Below, piece by piece: positions 1 through 10,684 of a stretch of 31,161 bases of DNA. The DNA comes from Octopus sinensis (taxonomy: Eukaryota): positions 1 through 31,161 of the forward strand of contig NW_021832051.1 of the NCBI RefSeq assembly GCF_006345805.1, written 5' to 3'. The notes beneath the pieces are model-generated. The model made no database searches and had not been told where the DNA came from. It saw nothing but the letters and a program-made list of their open reading frames with translations. The position numbers and the translations under genes were made by a program. Positions within the stretch are counted from its first letter, which is position 1; each line of letters opens with the position of its first letter.

Positions 1-58
1 GTCAAACCAATCAAGTATTAATAAAAATGCCAATGCTTTTATTTTAATAATAATTATA

Positions 59-330
59 GGCGTAGGAGTGGCATTGTGATGAGAAGCTTATATATACATC
101 CCTCTCTCTCTCTCCTCTCTCTATATATATATATATTATATATATATATATATATACATATATATAAAGTTAATCCAAACAAGAAAACACAAAAAAAACA
201 CAACAACGCGAGGACGTGAACAAAATAGTATTATTGGACGCTCAGGAAAGAAGGGAAGAAGGATATATATATATATTATATATTATATAATATTATATAT
301 ATTATATATATATATATAATTATATATATA

Positions 331-365
<35 letters not shown>

Positions 366-612
366 CGTGTGAATGTATGTGTGTGTGCGTGTGTGTGTGT
401 ATACCATCGCTTGATAACTGCTCTTGGTGTGTTTACGTCTCCGCAACTTAGCAGTTCGGCAAAAGACTTCGATAGACTAAGTACTAGGCTTTAAAAGCAA
501 AAAAAAAAAGTACTGAGTTCGATTCATTCGACTAAAAATTCTTCAAGCCGGTGCCCCAGCATGGCCGTGATCTAATAATGAAGCAAACAAGTAAAGAATA
601 AATGAAATGATA
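59..612 (+). mobile_element. Interrupted tRNA-derived SINE (CORE-like octopus family): head 59-92 and 3' body 402-612, with microsatellites and a foreign repeat in between
   Basis: Head GGCGTAGGAGTGGC at 59. The 3' body (catcgcttgataac...gtttacgtctccgcaacttagcagttcggcaaaag...gtgccccagcatggcc...aacaagtaaag) matches the reverse complement of 8394-8570. Family label is recalled, not aligned. Confidence 0.75.
181..252. repeat. Fragment of a (TA)n-embedded interspersed repeat related to 10455-10620
   Basis: gtattattggacgctcaggaaag resembles gtgttagtttaacgctcggaaag at about 10509-10531. Both copies are flanked by TA tracts. Confidence 0.5.
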
Positions 613-934
613 AACGGTTAATTGCGAAGCGTAATGTCACGTGATCGACCAAAGGTTAAACACGAAACGCCTCCAGACACAAGAAATAGGAAACTTAAAT
701 ATAAATACTTTCGCTTCTCTTCTTAATTTCTATTGTCATCGATCCTTTCAGATGTTGGGGGTTATAAAAAAAAATTGCAATTGAGTATAGCAGTAATTAT
801 TGTGATACGAGGGTAATTCCACTGGGTTGTTATTTTTAGCAAATCCACCGACTATTCAGAAGTTTCGTTATTGAATCGGGCTTCATTCTCCCTGGCAATG
901 AATACAAGCCACAACAGCCACACAGTTGAATAGT

Positions 935-1504
935 CTTTTCTACTCTAGGCATAAGGCCCGAAATGTTTCTGGAGCGGGGGCCAGTTGATTAGATCCACTC
1001 CAGTACGCAACTAGTACTTAATAGGATAAAAGGCAAAGTCGACCTCGGCGGAAATTGAACTCAGAACGTAAAGACAGACGAAATACCTATTTCTTTACTA
1101 CCCACAAGGGGCCAAACACAGAGGGGACAAACAAGGACAGACAAACGGATTAGGTCGATTATATCGACCCCAGTGCGTACCTGGTACTTATTTAATCGAC
1201 CTCGAAAGGATGAAAGGCAAAGTCGACCTCGGCGGAATTTGAACTCAGAACGTAGCGGCAGACGAAATACCTATTTCTTTATTACCCACAAGGGGCTAAA
1301 CACAGAGTGGACAAACAAGGACAGACATAGGTATTAAGTCGATTACATCGACCCCAGTGCGTAACTGGTACTTAATTTATCGACCCCGAAAGGATGAAAG
1401 GCAAAGTCGACCTCGGCGGAATTTGAACTCAGAACGTAGCGGCAGATGAAATACTGCTAAGCATTTCGCCCGGCGTGCTAACGTTTCTGCCACCTCCGCC
1501 GCCT
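935..1504 (-). mobile_element. Tandem array of a tRNA-derived SINE with a Deu/Nin-like central domain (one head, three central domains, 184-bp period)
   Basis: aggcaaagtcgacctcggcgga recurs at 1031, 1215 and 1399. On the minus strand the head reads GGCGGCGGAGGTGGCAGAAACGTTAGCACG, with B-box-like GAGTTCAAATTCC and central GCCTTTCATCCTTTCGGGGTCGAT. Confidence 0.9.
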
Positions 1505-2533
1505 TTGAATATTGTTATACAGTCACAAAGAACGACACTGAAACACCAGAACATCAAATATTGTCACGTGACACCACACACACATGCGTACGCGCGCACA
1601 ACACACGCACGCATACTGTCCCACAACTACATCAGATCCATGAAACACTTCTACACCATTAGACCACACCAGCAACCAATACTGTAACCCAGTTCCACAG
1701 TGTGACATCAAAGCAGCAAACATTTTATTCACAGAGATATACCAGACAGCTAAACGTCGCAACACAACAGACACATTGCTGCCCCACAACTGTAATAGAG
1801 CATCTCTTTGTGTCCAAACATGACAACAACACCAATTTGCAGTGGAAATATGGTTGCAACTGATAAAACATCACAACTCAATATTTCTGATACGAGACGA
1901 CATCGAGTGATTTGGGGATATTCACGAAGAACAACAATAACGACAACGACAACAGCAAGAACAACAACAACAACAACAACTGGATAAGATTCATTGCAAC
2001 AATAACAACAATATTCAAGAAACAAATAATAAGGTAAACGAGAAACAATAAGCAGAAAAATAACGGGGATAGAAATATTGGGAAATATAAGGGAGGACAA
2101 TAAGATGCAGAATCACAAAGAGTCAACAACAACAACAACAACAACAACAAGTGTAAAGGGCGACAACAACTGGCAGAATATTCATTCCTCTAGAAATAAA
2201 ATTAAAACCACACACGTACACACAGATATACATACACACATATTGACTCACACACACACATGCAAACACACAAATACACGAATATATCTTCACATACTCA
2301 CGCAGACAGACACGCGCACACACACACACACACACAAACATAAACGCATGCGCGCGTATACACACACACACACACACACACACACCACACACGCAAACAC
2401 ATAAACACTCATAAACGACACGCATGCGTATATGAATGTGTGAAGGGAAAATGGCGGCCGAACGCGAGTTGAAAGTTGTGTACAGTTTCAATTACATTGC
2501 GAGGGTCACGTGACGGCTGTGGAGGGTCAACCG

Positions 2534-2663
2534 GAAGAAGAAGAAGAAGAAGAAGAAGAGAAGAAGAAAGAAGAAGAAGAAGAAAGAAGAAGAAGAAACA
2601 ACCAGGCACAGGTTTTAGAAAGGAAAAACAAAACAAAATTACGCAGAAACTAATGGTGGTCGG

Positions 2664-2732
<69 letters not shown>

Positions 2733-2965
2733 GCTACTACTACTGTCCATCGTGCTGTATCACCGTAATCGAACTTTTAGAAGAGGTCATTCTGAACATT
2801 CCTTAATGAATGATTGATCACAAATTTCATCGCTGACGCCGCCACCAACATTATTACCGTTGCCACCACTGTCATCGTCATCACCCCAACCACCCCCAGC
2901 GTCACCACCACCACCACCACCACTAACACGATTGCTATCATCATCAACATCATCACCGTCATCCG

Positions 2966-3017
<52 letters not shown>

Positions 3018-3192
3018 TCATCATCATCACCACTACCATTGTCTCTCTCTCTTTCTCTCTCATGAATTCTTTCTCCATTCCTAGTTTTCTGGCCTCCATA
3101 ATGAAGAGTCGGAACTCTAAGTATAGCTATACATATATAACTATTTATGTGTGTGTCTGTGCGTGCGTGTATGTATGCATGTATCTGTCTGC

Positions 3193-3271
<79 letters not shown>
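2534..3271. repeat. Microsatellite cluster: (GAA)n 2534-2596, (CTA)n ~2665-2745, (CAT)n ~2965-3029, (CTAT)n ~3190-3271
   Basis: Direct reading. These tracts explain the poly-S, poly-L, poly-M and poly-I ORFs. Confidence 0.95.
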
Positions 3272-3272
<1 letters not shown>

Positions 3273-3639
3273 ACACATATACATATGTATATATATAGAT
3301 GTATATATCGTATATATATATATATTCACATGTATAATAGATATATTATATATATAGCTATATGTATATGCATACACACACACATATTTATATGATTATA
3401 TAATACACTGTAGAATTTGTGCTAACGCGATGATACCACATGTGACGTCACTGGATAGTTCAAAAACCAATAATGTTTACTGGGGTGTTGGTCACGGTAA
3501 GATCGAACAAACTATTGACCAATGTAGCAGGAAATTACTTTGCGACCTCACTCATTCCTTGGGCAGCCGACGTCTTTATTACATTCCTTGGTTTTGGTTC
3601 TTTGCATTTGGTAAAAAATCTACGTCATCGAGAAGAGAG

Positions 3640-3699
3640 AGGGAGAGAGGGTGTGAGAGAGAGAGAGAGGAAAAAGAGAGACAGGAAAGAAAGAAAAAG

Positions 3700-3734
<35 letters not shown>

Positions 3735-3747
3735 CAGATAGATAGAT

Positions 3748-3784
<37 letters not shown>

Positions 3785-3785
3785 A
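3640..3785. repeat. (GA)n and (GATA)n microsatellites
   Basis: Direct reading. Confidence 0.95.
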
Positions 3786-4623
3786 AACGATGAGGTGAGA
3801 GTAGAAGGAGGAGAGATGAAAATGTGGAAGAAGAATTGCTGCTGAGTATCCAAAGGTCTTGGGAAAGGTTAAGAAATGTTGAAAACCCGACAGTTGACTC
3901 ATTCTATCAATATTTTTGCCAAGAAATTGCCTTTCTTTTGTTTCTGGCATTTTTTCAACACCATCTTTACTCAACTTTGTCAGCAGACACGAATAAAATT
4001 GTAATTTCAGTCACGGTTTTTATCCGTGATGAAACCCGGGTTGTCCGCTTACAAAGGTCGAAACCCTTTCGCCCGCTCAACCTCTCTCATTCCATTTGAT
4101 GACAGAAAAATGTTTTTTACTTTTTTTACTTTCTCTAATTTGTTTTTTTTTTTTTTGGTGGCAGGATTACTTACCTCAGCTACAATTAAAACTCAAATGG
4201 CCAGAAATATTTTCATCTTCCATCGGCACACAGTTCTCTCTCTTAACACGATGCTGGAGCTGACCTCGTTTGTTTTTATGCACTAAAAGCATGAAAAGTA
4301 TGAATGAAGTGAGACGGACCCAACCGAGAATCGAAACCTGACCGCAGATGCAAGATATTGAAAGATGACGACTTTTTCTAAAACAGTTGATAGAATACCA
4401 AATGTCTTGATATTGCTGCGGGAAGGGTAAGGATGTTGTAATGTTCATGCCTTTCCATTGACCCTTAAGGTTGTAAAGAAACTATGCTTTAATGAAATTG
4501 ACCCCATGGACCACAAATGTATAAAAGAGACCGCGATGACGTCTTAAGAAAACCCTTAACAGAAGAGAAAGAATTTTTTGAAAACAGAAACATATTTTGT
4601 GTTATATGTAATAGATGGACATG

Positions 4624-5075
4624 TATAGCCCTGGGCCGACCAAAACCTTGTGAGTGGATTTGGCAGACGGAAACTGAAAGAACCCCGTCGGCGAGGTGGC
4701 AGAATCGTTAGCACGCCGGGCGAAATGCTCAGCGGTATTTCGTCTGCTGTTATGTTCTGAGTTTTAATTCCAGCGAGATCGACTTTACCTTTCATCCTTT
4801 CGGGGTCGATTAAATAAGTACCAGTTACACACTGGGGTCGATGTAATCGACTTAATCCCTTTGTCTGTCCTTGTTTGTCTCCTCTATGTTTATCCCTGTG
4901 GGCAATAAAGAATAAATATAAATATAAATATATATAATATATTATATATATATATATATTACCTCTTATAACCACTAAACCATATATATATATATGTATG
5001 TATGTATGTTTGGTGTCTTGTGTTGTCCCCCCCCCCCCACCAACACGCTGATGCGTTTACGTCCTCGTAACTTGC
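4624..5075 (+). mobile_element. 5'-truncated CORE-like SINE (4624-4690 and ~5000-5075) split by a second SINE
   Basis: tatagccctgggccgaccaaaaccttgtgagtggatttggcagacggaaactgaaagaaccccgtcg matches the reverse complement of 8640-8706. The family resumes at gtcttgtgttgtcccccc...gtttacgtcctcgtaactt. Confidence 0.75.
4688..4915 (+). mobile_element. Near full-length monomer of the Deu/Nin-like tRNA SINE
   Basis: Head ggcgaggtggcagaatcgttagcacgccggg, central ctttcatcctttcggggtcgat, and the same tail (gtccttgtttgtc...gtgggcaataaagaaata) as the 184-bp units at 1031-1398. Confidence 0.9.
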
Positions 5076-5268
5076 TATATACGCTAGAGACTTACCTCCC
5101 TTTATCATTCATTACGTATAGTACGTTAAAGTACTAACGAAAGTACGGGGAACTCAAAGCATTTGGTAGGACTTAACATATATTATTATTTATTTTTTTT
5201 AAAAAGAAGAAAAATCTGATTTGACAGGCTCGTCACGGGAACCTACGAATCAAACTGTCATTTAAATA

Positions 5269-5302
<34 letters not shown>

Positions 5303-5331
5303 CGATGATGATGATGATAATAATAATAATA

Positions 5332-6159
5332 CAGTCAACTCTCGCTACTATGCCACTCTCGCTACTATGCCAGTTTTGCGCGGTCCCGGCCAAATAATAA
5401 ACAAAACATTTTTACTATGCCACCCTCAACTCTCGCTACTATGCCACTTGTAAACTGAAGCGCACGCAACTTTTCGAAATTTTGTACTCCTACATTTTGT
5501 ACATTTCGTATTTGTAATCTTGTGGAAAAGTTCAGAAAGTAGCACAAAATGTCAGCTCATATAAGGCAAGCGGACTGAGTTTACGCTGAAGGAAAAGAAG
5601 GAGATTATCGATGCTGCGAAAAACGTTATTGTCGGGCCCCTCGTATCATTAGTAATATCTGATACAAGTTACCGCCCCTTGTATTGTCCGACATGTTTCA
5701 CTCTAGAAGAAATAGCAAAGGAGGTAATGCATAACGAAGAGCCGGTGGAAAGTGAAGATGACGAGGTAATTGTAGAAGAGGAATACGTTTCGTTTGCAGA
5801 TGCCCAGAGAGCATGGAGCACTATCCGAAAGTTTATGCAGCAGCAGAGCAGCGGAAAACCCAGCATCCTGCAGGCGAGTGATAGGCTAGACAACGAAATG
5901 AATGAAATCCGCCGAAAGAAGATGCGTCAGCCGACAATTTTTGAGAGCTTCGGGATTAACTAAAAGCAATCTGAACTTAATAAACTTGGATGTCTTCTTT
6001 TTACCATTGCATTACTTCTTATGGCCTTACTTCCCACCCTATGAATTTTTATTCGTATGTTCAGTAAATTTTGGTTACGTAGTGTTTAGATAACAGACCC
6101 TCGGTACTATGCCACTTTGGCTCAGTCCCGCAGGGTGACATAGTAGCGAGAGTTGACTG
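5332..6159 (+). mobile_element. Non-autonomous, internally deleted pogo/Tigger (Tc1/mariner superfamily) DNA transposon, 828 bp
   Basis: TIRs CAGTCAACTCTCGCTACTATG are perfect for 21 bp (25 bp with 1 mismatch). TA flanks both ends (5330-5331, 6160-6161). Subterminal repeats of the CTCTCGCTACTATGCCAC motif are present. Confidence 0.92.
5549..5963 (+). pseudogene. Fused N- and C-terminal remnants of a CENP-B/Tigger-like transposase; catalytic DDE core absent
   Basis: ATG at 5549, then a frameshifted KRTEFTLKEKKEIIDAAK (HTH-psq-like start). ORF 5679-5963 has the acidic stretch, VSFADAQRAWSTIRKF and terminal RQPTIFESF typical of Tigger-family C-termini. Confidence 0.75.
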
Positions 6160-6181
6160 TAATAATAATAATAATAATAAT

Positions 6182-6281
6182 CTTTTCTACTAAAGGCACA
6201 AGGTCTGAAATTTTAGGGGAGGGGACTATTAGATTACATCGACCCCAGTACTTCACTGGTACTTAATTTATCGACCCCGAA
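6182..6281 (-). mobile_element. 5'-truncated Deu/Nin-like SINE (3' part); its (TTA)n tail hosts the Tigger-like insertion
   Basis: Minus strand reads tcggggtcgataaattaagtaccag...ggggtcgatgtaatc...ttgtgcctttagtagaaaaga followed by (TTA)n. Confidence 0.85.
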
Positions 6282-7171
6282 GCGATAACAATGATTATGT
6301 GTGTGTGTGTGTGTGTGTGCGTCGCGTTTCTATGTATGTATGTGTTTATGTATGTCAAGTAACAACGTAATGTTATATAATAGAATATAATAGAATATAA
6401 TAAAGTAAGAAAGAGTTTCATTCCATGATCGAGAGACGAACTTTAGAGAAAATTCTTCGACAATGAAGTCTTCTGGAAGTAGGATTTTGAGACTGGCTCA
6501 AATTTCTATTCCTTCTGATTTGGAGACGTGGAAGGAGGAGGAAAAGGAAGAGGAGGAGTGATATAACGTGGAAGAAACGGGTTCGAGTCCATGTTTATTA
6601 TCTGTAATAGATGTACTCTTTGTATCAGCACGTTCCACTTTGTTCAAAATGGTGAATGTGCTTAGTAATTATGTTTACTCTGGGTAGAACCAATTATCGG
6701 GGAAAAAATCCATATTTTATTCAGCTTCCCCCTCTCTCCCTGCCTCTCTCTGTATCTATTTACATATAACACACACACACACACACACACACTCACAACG
6801 AAGAACGAGACCACAACTCAGAGAATCTATTCAAATGTAAAGATCTTTTAAATATTCTTCATTTAACAATCCCATATCGTTCATAGTTCCATAATATCTT
6901 CTTCCACTTCCGTTTTTATATCACTCCCCTTTCTGTCGACCCTTCTCCCCTCCCCCCTCACTCTTTCTCTGGAGTTTAATTGTGGTTTAAAGTAGCATCT
7001 GGTGTATTTGAAAGCTGAAGTCAGCCATTGAAACGCAGACGACTGCACTTAAATTGCTCTGCGGAGATAACTTCATTTCTTTCAGAACCGTATATCTCAC
7101 ATTTTACTAATCTCTATCTCTCCATCTCCCGCGTCTCTCTTCGCACTATATCGCTCTCTCACTCACCCCCC

Positions 7172-7247
<76 letters not shown>

Positions 7248-7405
7248 GACTATAAATAAGTGTGCCCGGGAGACACCACCCTTATTTATAGTTGTATAAA
7301 AATTATTACCTTGTATGGTATTTATTCCCATGCTGGCCACTTGATAATATCGATATTTAAACATCGATATTATCCTTATTATAAATATATATATATATAT
7401 ATAAG

Positions 7406-7441
<36 letters not shown>

Positions 7442-7559
7442 AGTAAGAAAATGGAGGAACAGATCCTTTCAATCATCGACTTACAGATATTACCAATTCA
7501 TATTATTTATTAACTACTTAAATAGGAACATCCAAATCCAACAGAATAAAACAATGTAC

Positions 7560-8390
7560 ATCAATAAGTAAGATAAAACCATAAAAATAATACATATAAA
7601 ATGGATATATAAACGTATATACCGGCATGTATTTATTTTTCATGTAGGTTTTTGTATAAATCCACATGGCGGTCTTCAGTATTAAGTTGTTTTTATGTAT
7701 GTTTGTACTTATTTGTACTTTTTTATTTACTGGTACTTGATAATTCATTATAACATCTATATGCATATGTGTGCATTTGTGTATGTATATGCACGAGAGT
7801 ATGTGTATGTGCATGTGTAGGCGTGCATGTATATCCGTATATATGTGTGTGCATATTTATGTGTGTATGTATGCGTATGTCTGTATGCATGTATGAATAT
7901 GTCCATATGTATGTGTACATTCCTGGGTGTATGTGCTTGCATGTATTTGTATGCATGCGTAAATGTATGAGTGTGCACACATGTGTGTGCGCATGTGTAT
8001 GTGTGTGTGCATACGTGTATGTATGGGCACGTGTATGTGCACACATGTATGTGTGTGCGCGCATATATGTGTGCATGTGTGTATGTTTACATATGTGTGG
8101 GTGCGTATGGTTATATGTACATACTTTTGTGTATGTATGTATATACTTGTATGTATATGTATGTACGTATGTTTATGTGTGTGTGTGCGCATAAGTGTAT
8201 AGGTGTGTGTGTATATATGCGGATGTATGACCTTGTGTGTATGTGTGGGTATATGTGTGGGCTGATGAATGGATGTATATTGGTATGCATGCAGATGTGT
8301 ATATATATGAGTCTGAGGATTGTGTGTGTGGGTATAGGAATGCTGGTATGTGTTGCGTGTATATGTGTGTGTGTGTGTGTATAGGTATAT
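7560..8390. repeat. Cryptic TA/TG/TATG low-complexity region
   Basis: Direct reading. Source of the spurious C/V/Y/M-rich ORFs. Confidence 0.85.
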
Positions 8391-8393
8391 ATG

Positions 8394-8706
8394 TTTACTC
8401 TTTTACTTGTTTCAGTCATTTGGCTGCGGCCATGCTGGAGCACCGCCTTTAGTCGAGCAAATCGACCCCGGGACTTATTCTTTGTAAGCCCAGTACTTAT
8501 TCTATCGGTCTCTCTTGCCGAACCGCTAAGTGACGGGGACATAAACACACCAGCATCGGTTGTCAAGCAATGTTGGGGGGGACAAACACAGACACACAAA
8601 CACATACACACACACACTTATATATATATACATACACACGACAGGCTTCTTTCAGTTTCCGTCCACCAAATCCACTCACAAGGCACTGGTCAGCCCGAGG
8701 CTATAG
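8394..8706 (-). mobile_element. 5'-truncated CORE-like tRNA SINE with internal microsatellite
   Basis: Minus strand: ctatagcctcgggctgacc...gacggaaactgaaagaagcctgtcg, then (TG)n, then ggcggtgctccagcatggccgcagcc...gactgaaacaagtaaaagagta. Confidence 0.88.
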
Positions 8707-8923
8707 CATATATTTATATGTATGTATATGTATATAGGTGCAGGTGTGCATATGTGTGTGTACTTGTATATAAGTTTGCTGTTGAATATATGTATGTGTG
8801 TGTGCGTGTGGATGGGTATATATATATATATATATATGTAGGTCCCGGGTTGATTCGGGGTTAACCACAGTAAATAAGGTACTCAATACATAGCAGAGTA
8901 AAATTAATTTATTATATAGAAGG

Positions 8924-8972
8924 AGCTTCTACAGGACTAGAACTGTTTCATTCAAGAGAAATCATCAGGAAG

Positions 8973-8974
<2 letters not shown>
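8924..8974 (-). ncRNA. Type I hammerhead ribozyme motif inside a ~140-bp (TA)n-embedded element (8838-8976)
   Basis: AGCUUC-CUGAUGA-U UUC UCUU GAA U-GAAA-CAG UUCUAGUC CUG-UA/GAAGCU. Stem I is 6 bp, the core is canonical, the triplet is GUA, and predicted cleavage is at 8930/8929. Confidence 0.8.
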
Positions 8975-9006
<32 letters not shown>

Positions 9007-9758
9007 TGTAGTCGTGCACATATGTATGTATATGTTTTGCGTGTATGTGTATGTGCTGTTGAAGTTGTGTGTGTGTGTGTGTACATATAGATATGTATTT
9101 CTGTCTATTTAAGAAGTGTGTTTATATGTATGCGGATATGTATATATGTCTATTCAAGTAGGGTGTATGTATGTATACGAATGTATGTATACATGTATAT
9201 ATGTATATATGTGAGTGTGTGTGTATGTATATATTTATGCATATGTATGTATGTATATATCTGCACTTATATGTATGTATATTTATGTGTGGGTATATGG
9301 GTATATATGTATATATGTGTGTGTGTATGTATGAATGTTCATGTTTGTGTATATATGAGTATTTGTATGTATATTGTATATGTATATTTTGCATATGTGT
9401 GGCTATTTATAGGTATGTATGCAGGTGTGCATGTGACTGTTTAAGTACGTATATGAGTGTATATATGTATGTGCATATATATATTTACTTATGCACCTCA
9501 ACCTATATTCGATTAAGGTATTTGTTGTATTTATAAAGGTTTATAGGAAACGGGTGGCCTGAATATTTGTTTGTTTAGTTTTAACTATTTATGTGGTCCC
9601 CCTCGATATTAAGGGTTTTGACCTAACATTTATTTAATTACGAGGATATAATTGTATTACCTTTGATCAATAATACATTACCTATTATATATAGGGGTAC
9701 ATGGATATGATATTGGATAACCTTAGATTAATATTGAATAACTATCTTATATCAATAA

Positions 9759-9876
9759 ATGTATGTATATAGAAACAATGCCACATTGCCCTCATCTCAC
9801 ACACCCTTCTACTGAATAAATACTGGACGCATCTTGCAGTTAGAGAAAACAACCATATGTATACATCCATCCATCC

Positions 9877-9919
<43 letters not shown>

Positions 9920-10221
9920 ATATATATAGATATATATAGTATACAAACATATATGTACGTACCTACATCTACATGTATATATACATGCATATATAAATAT
10001 ACATACGTGTGTACAGGACACCACAAATAGACGTAGAACTCAACAGCATGGAACGGACCATTTTTTAACAACGGTGTTAAAAAAATGGTCCGTTCCATGC
10101 TGTTTTTACGTTTTCGTTTCTCGTTGAGTTCTACGTCTATTTGTGGTGTCCTGTACACACGTATATATATTTATATATGCATGTATATATACATGTAGAT
10201 GTAGGTACGTACATATATGTT

Positions 10222-10268
<47 letters not shown>

Positions 10269-10387
10269 GGATGGATGGATGTATACATATGGTTGTTTTC
10301 TCTAACTGCAAGATGCGTCCAGTATTTATTCAGTAAGAAGGGTGTGTGACATGAGGGCAATGTGGCATTGTTTCTATATACATACAT
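9759..10387. repeat. 629-bp fold-back palindrome with a 4-nt loop (10071-10074)
   Basis: Arms are reverse complements, including the internal TA tracts. The left arm lacks 21 nt present in the right arm (about 10102-10122). Confidence 0.95.
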
Positions 10388-10389
10388 AT

Positions 10390-10449
<60 letters not shown>

Positions 10450-10454
10450 ATAGT

Positions 10455-10622
10455 GAGAATTTACAATAAAACAAAAGACGAAGAAGGGAACGTAAACAAC
10501 AAACAGATGTGTTAGTTTAACGCTCGGAAAGTCAGAAAGTCTTTTATGTTTCGAGCCTATGCTCTTCAACAGAAATAAGCCGGGAGAGAAAATAGAAAAA
10601 GGTATAGTGGCTAGCGAGGTAT
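10455..10622 (-). repeat. (TA/TG)n-embedded interspersed repeat with a degenerate hammerhead-like motif at 10542-10575
   Basis: Minus strand: CUGUUGA-A-GAGC AUAG GCUC-GAAA-CAUA. Stem II is intact but the core has A6U and stem III is broken. Confidence 0.45.
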
Positions 10623-10652
10623 CATATATATGTATGTATGTATGCATATATG

Positions 10653-10684
<32 letters not shown>

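Noticed and set aside
935-1504. Regularly spaced repeats as a CRISPR-like array
   Set aside because: The whole 184-bp unit is repeated with no unique spacers; it is a eukaryotic SINE.
6421-6660. Purine-rich unique segment as a coding exon
   Set aside because: All frames close within about 55 codons, with no recognisable motif or convincing splice pair.
7441-7480. Minus-strand GAAA-GGA UCUGU UCC-UC resembling hammerhead stem III
   Set aside because: Upstream reads UCGAUGA with no stem II, and stem I is not in register with the cleavage site.
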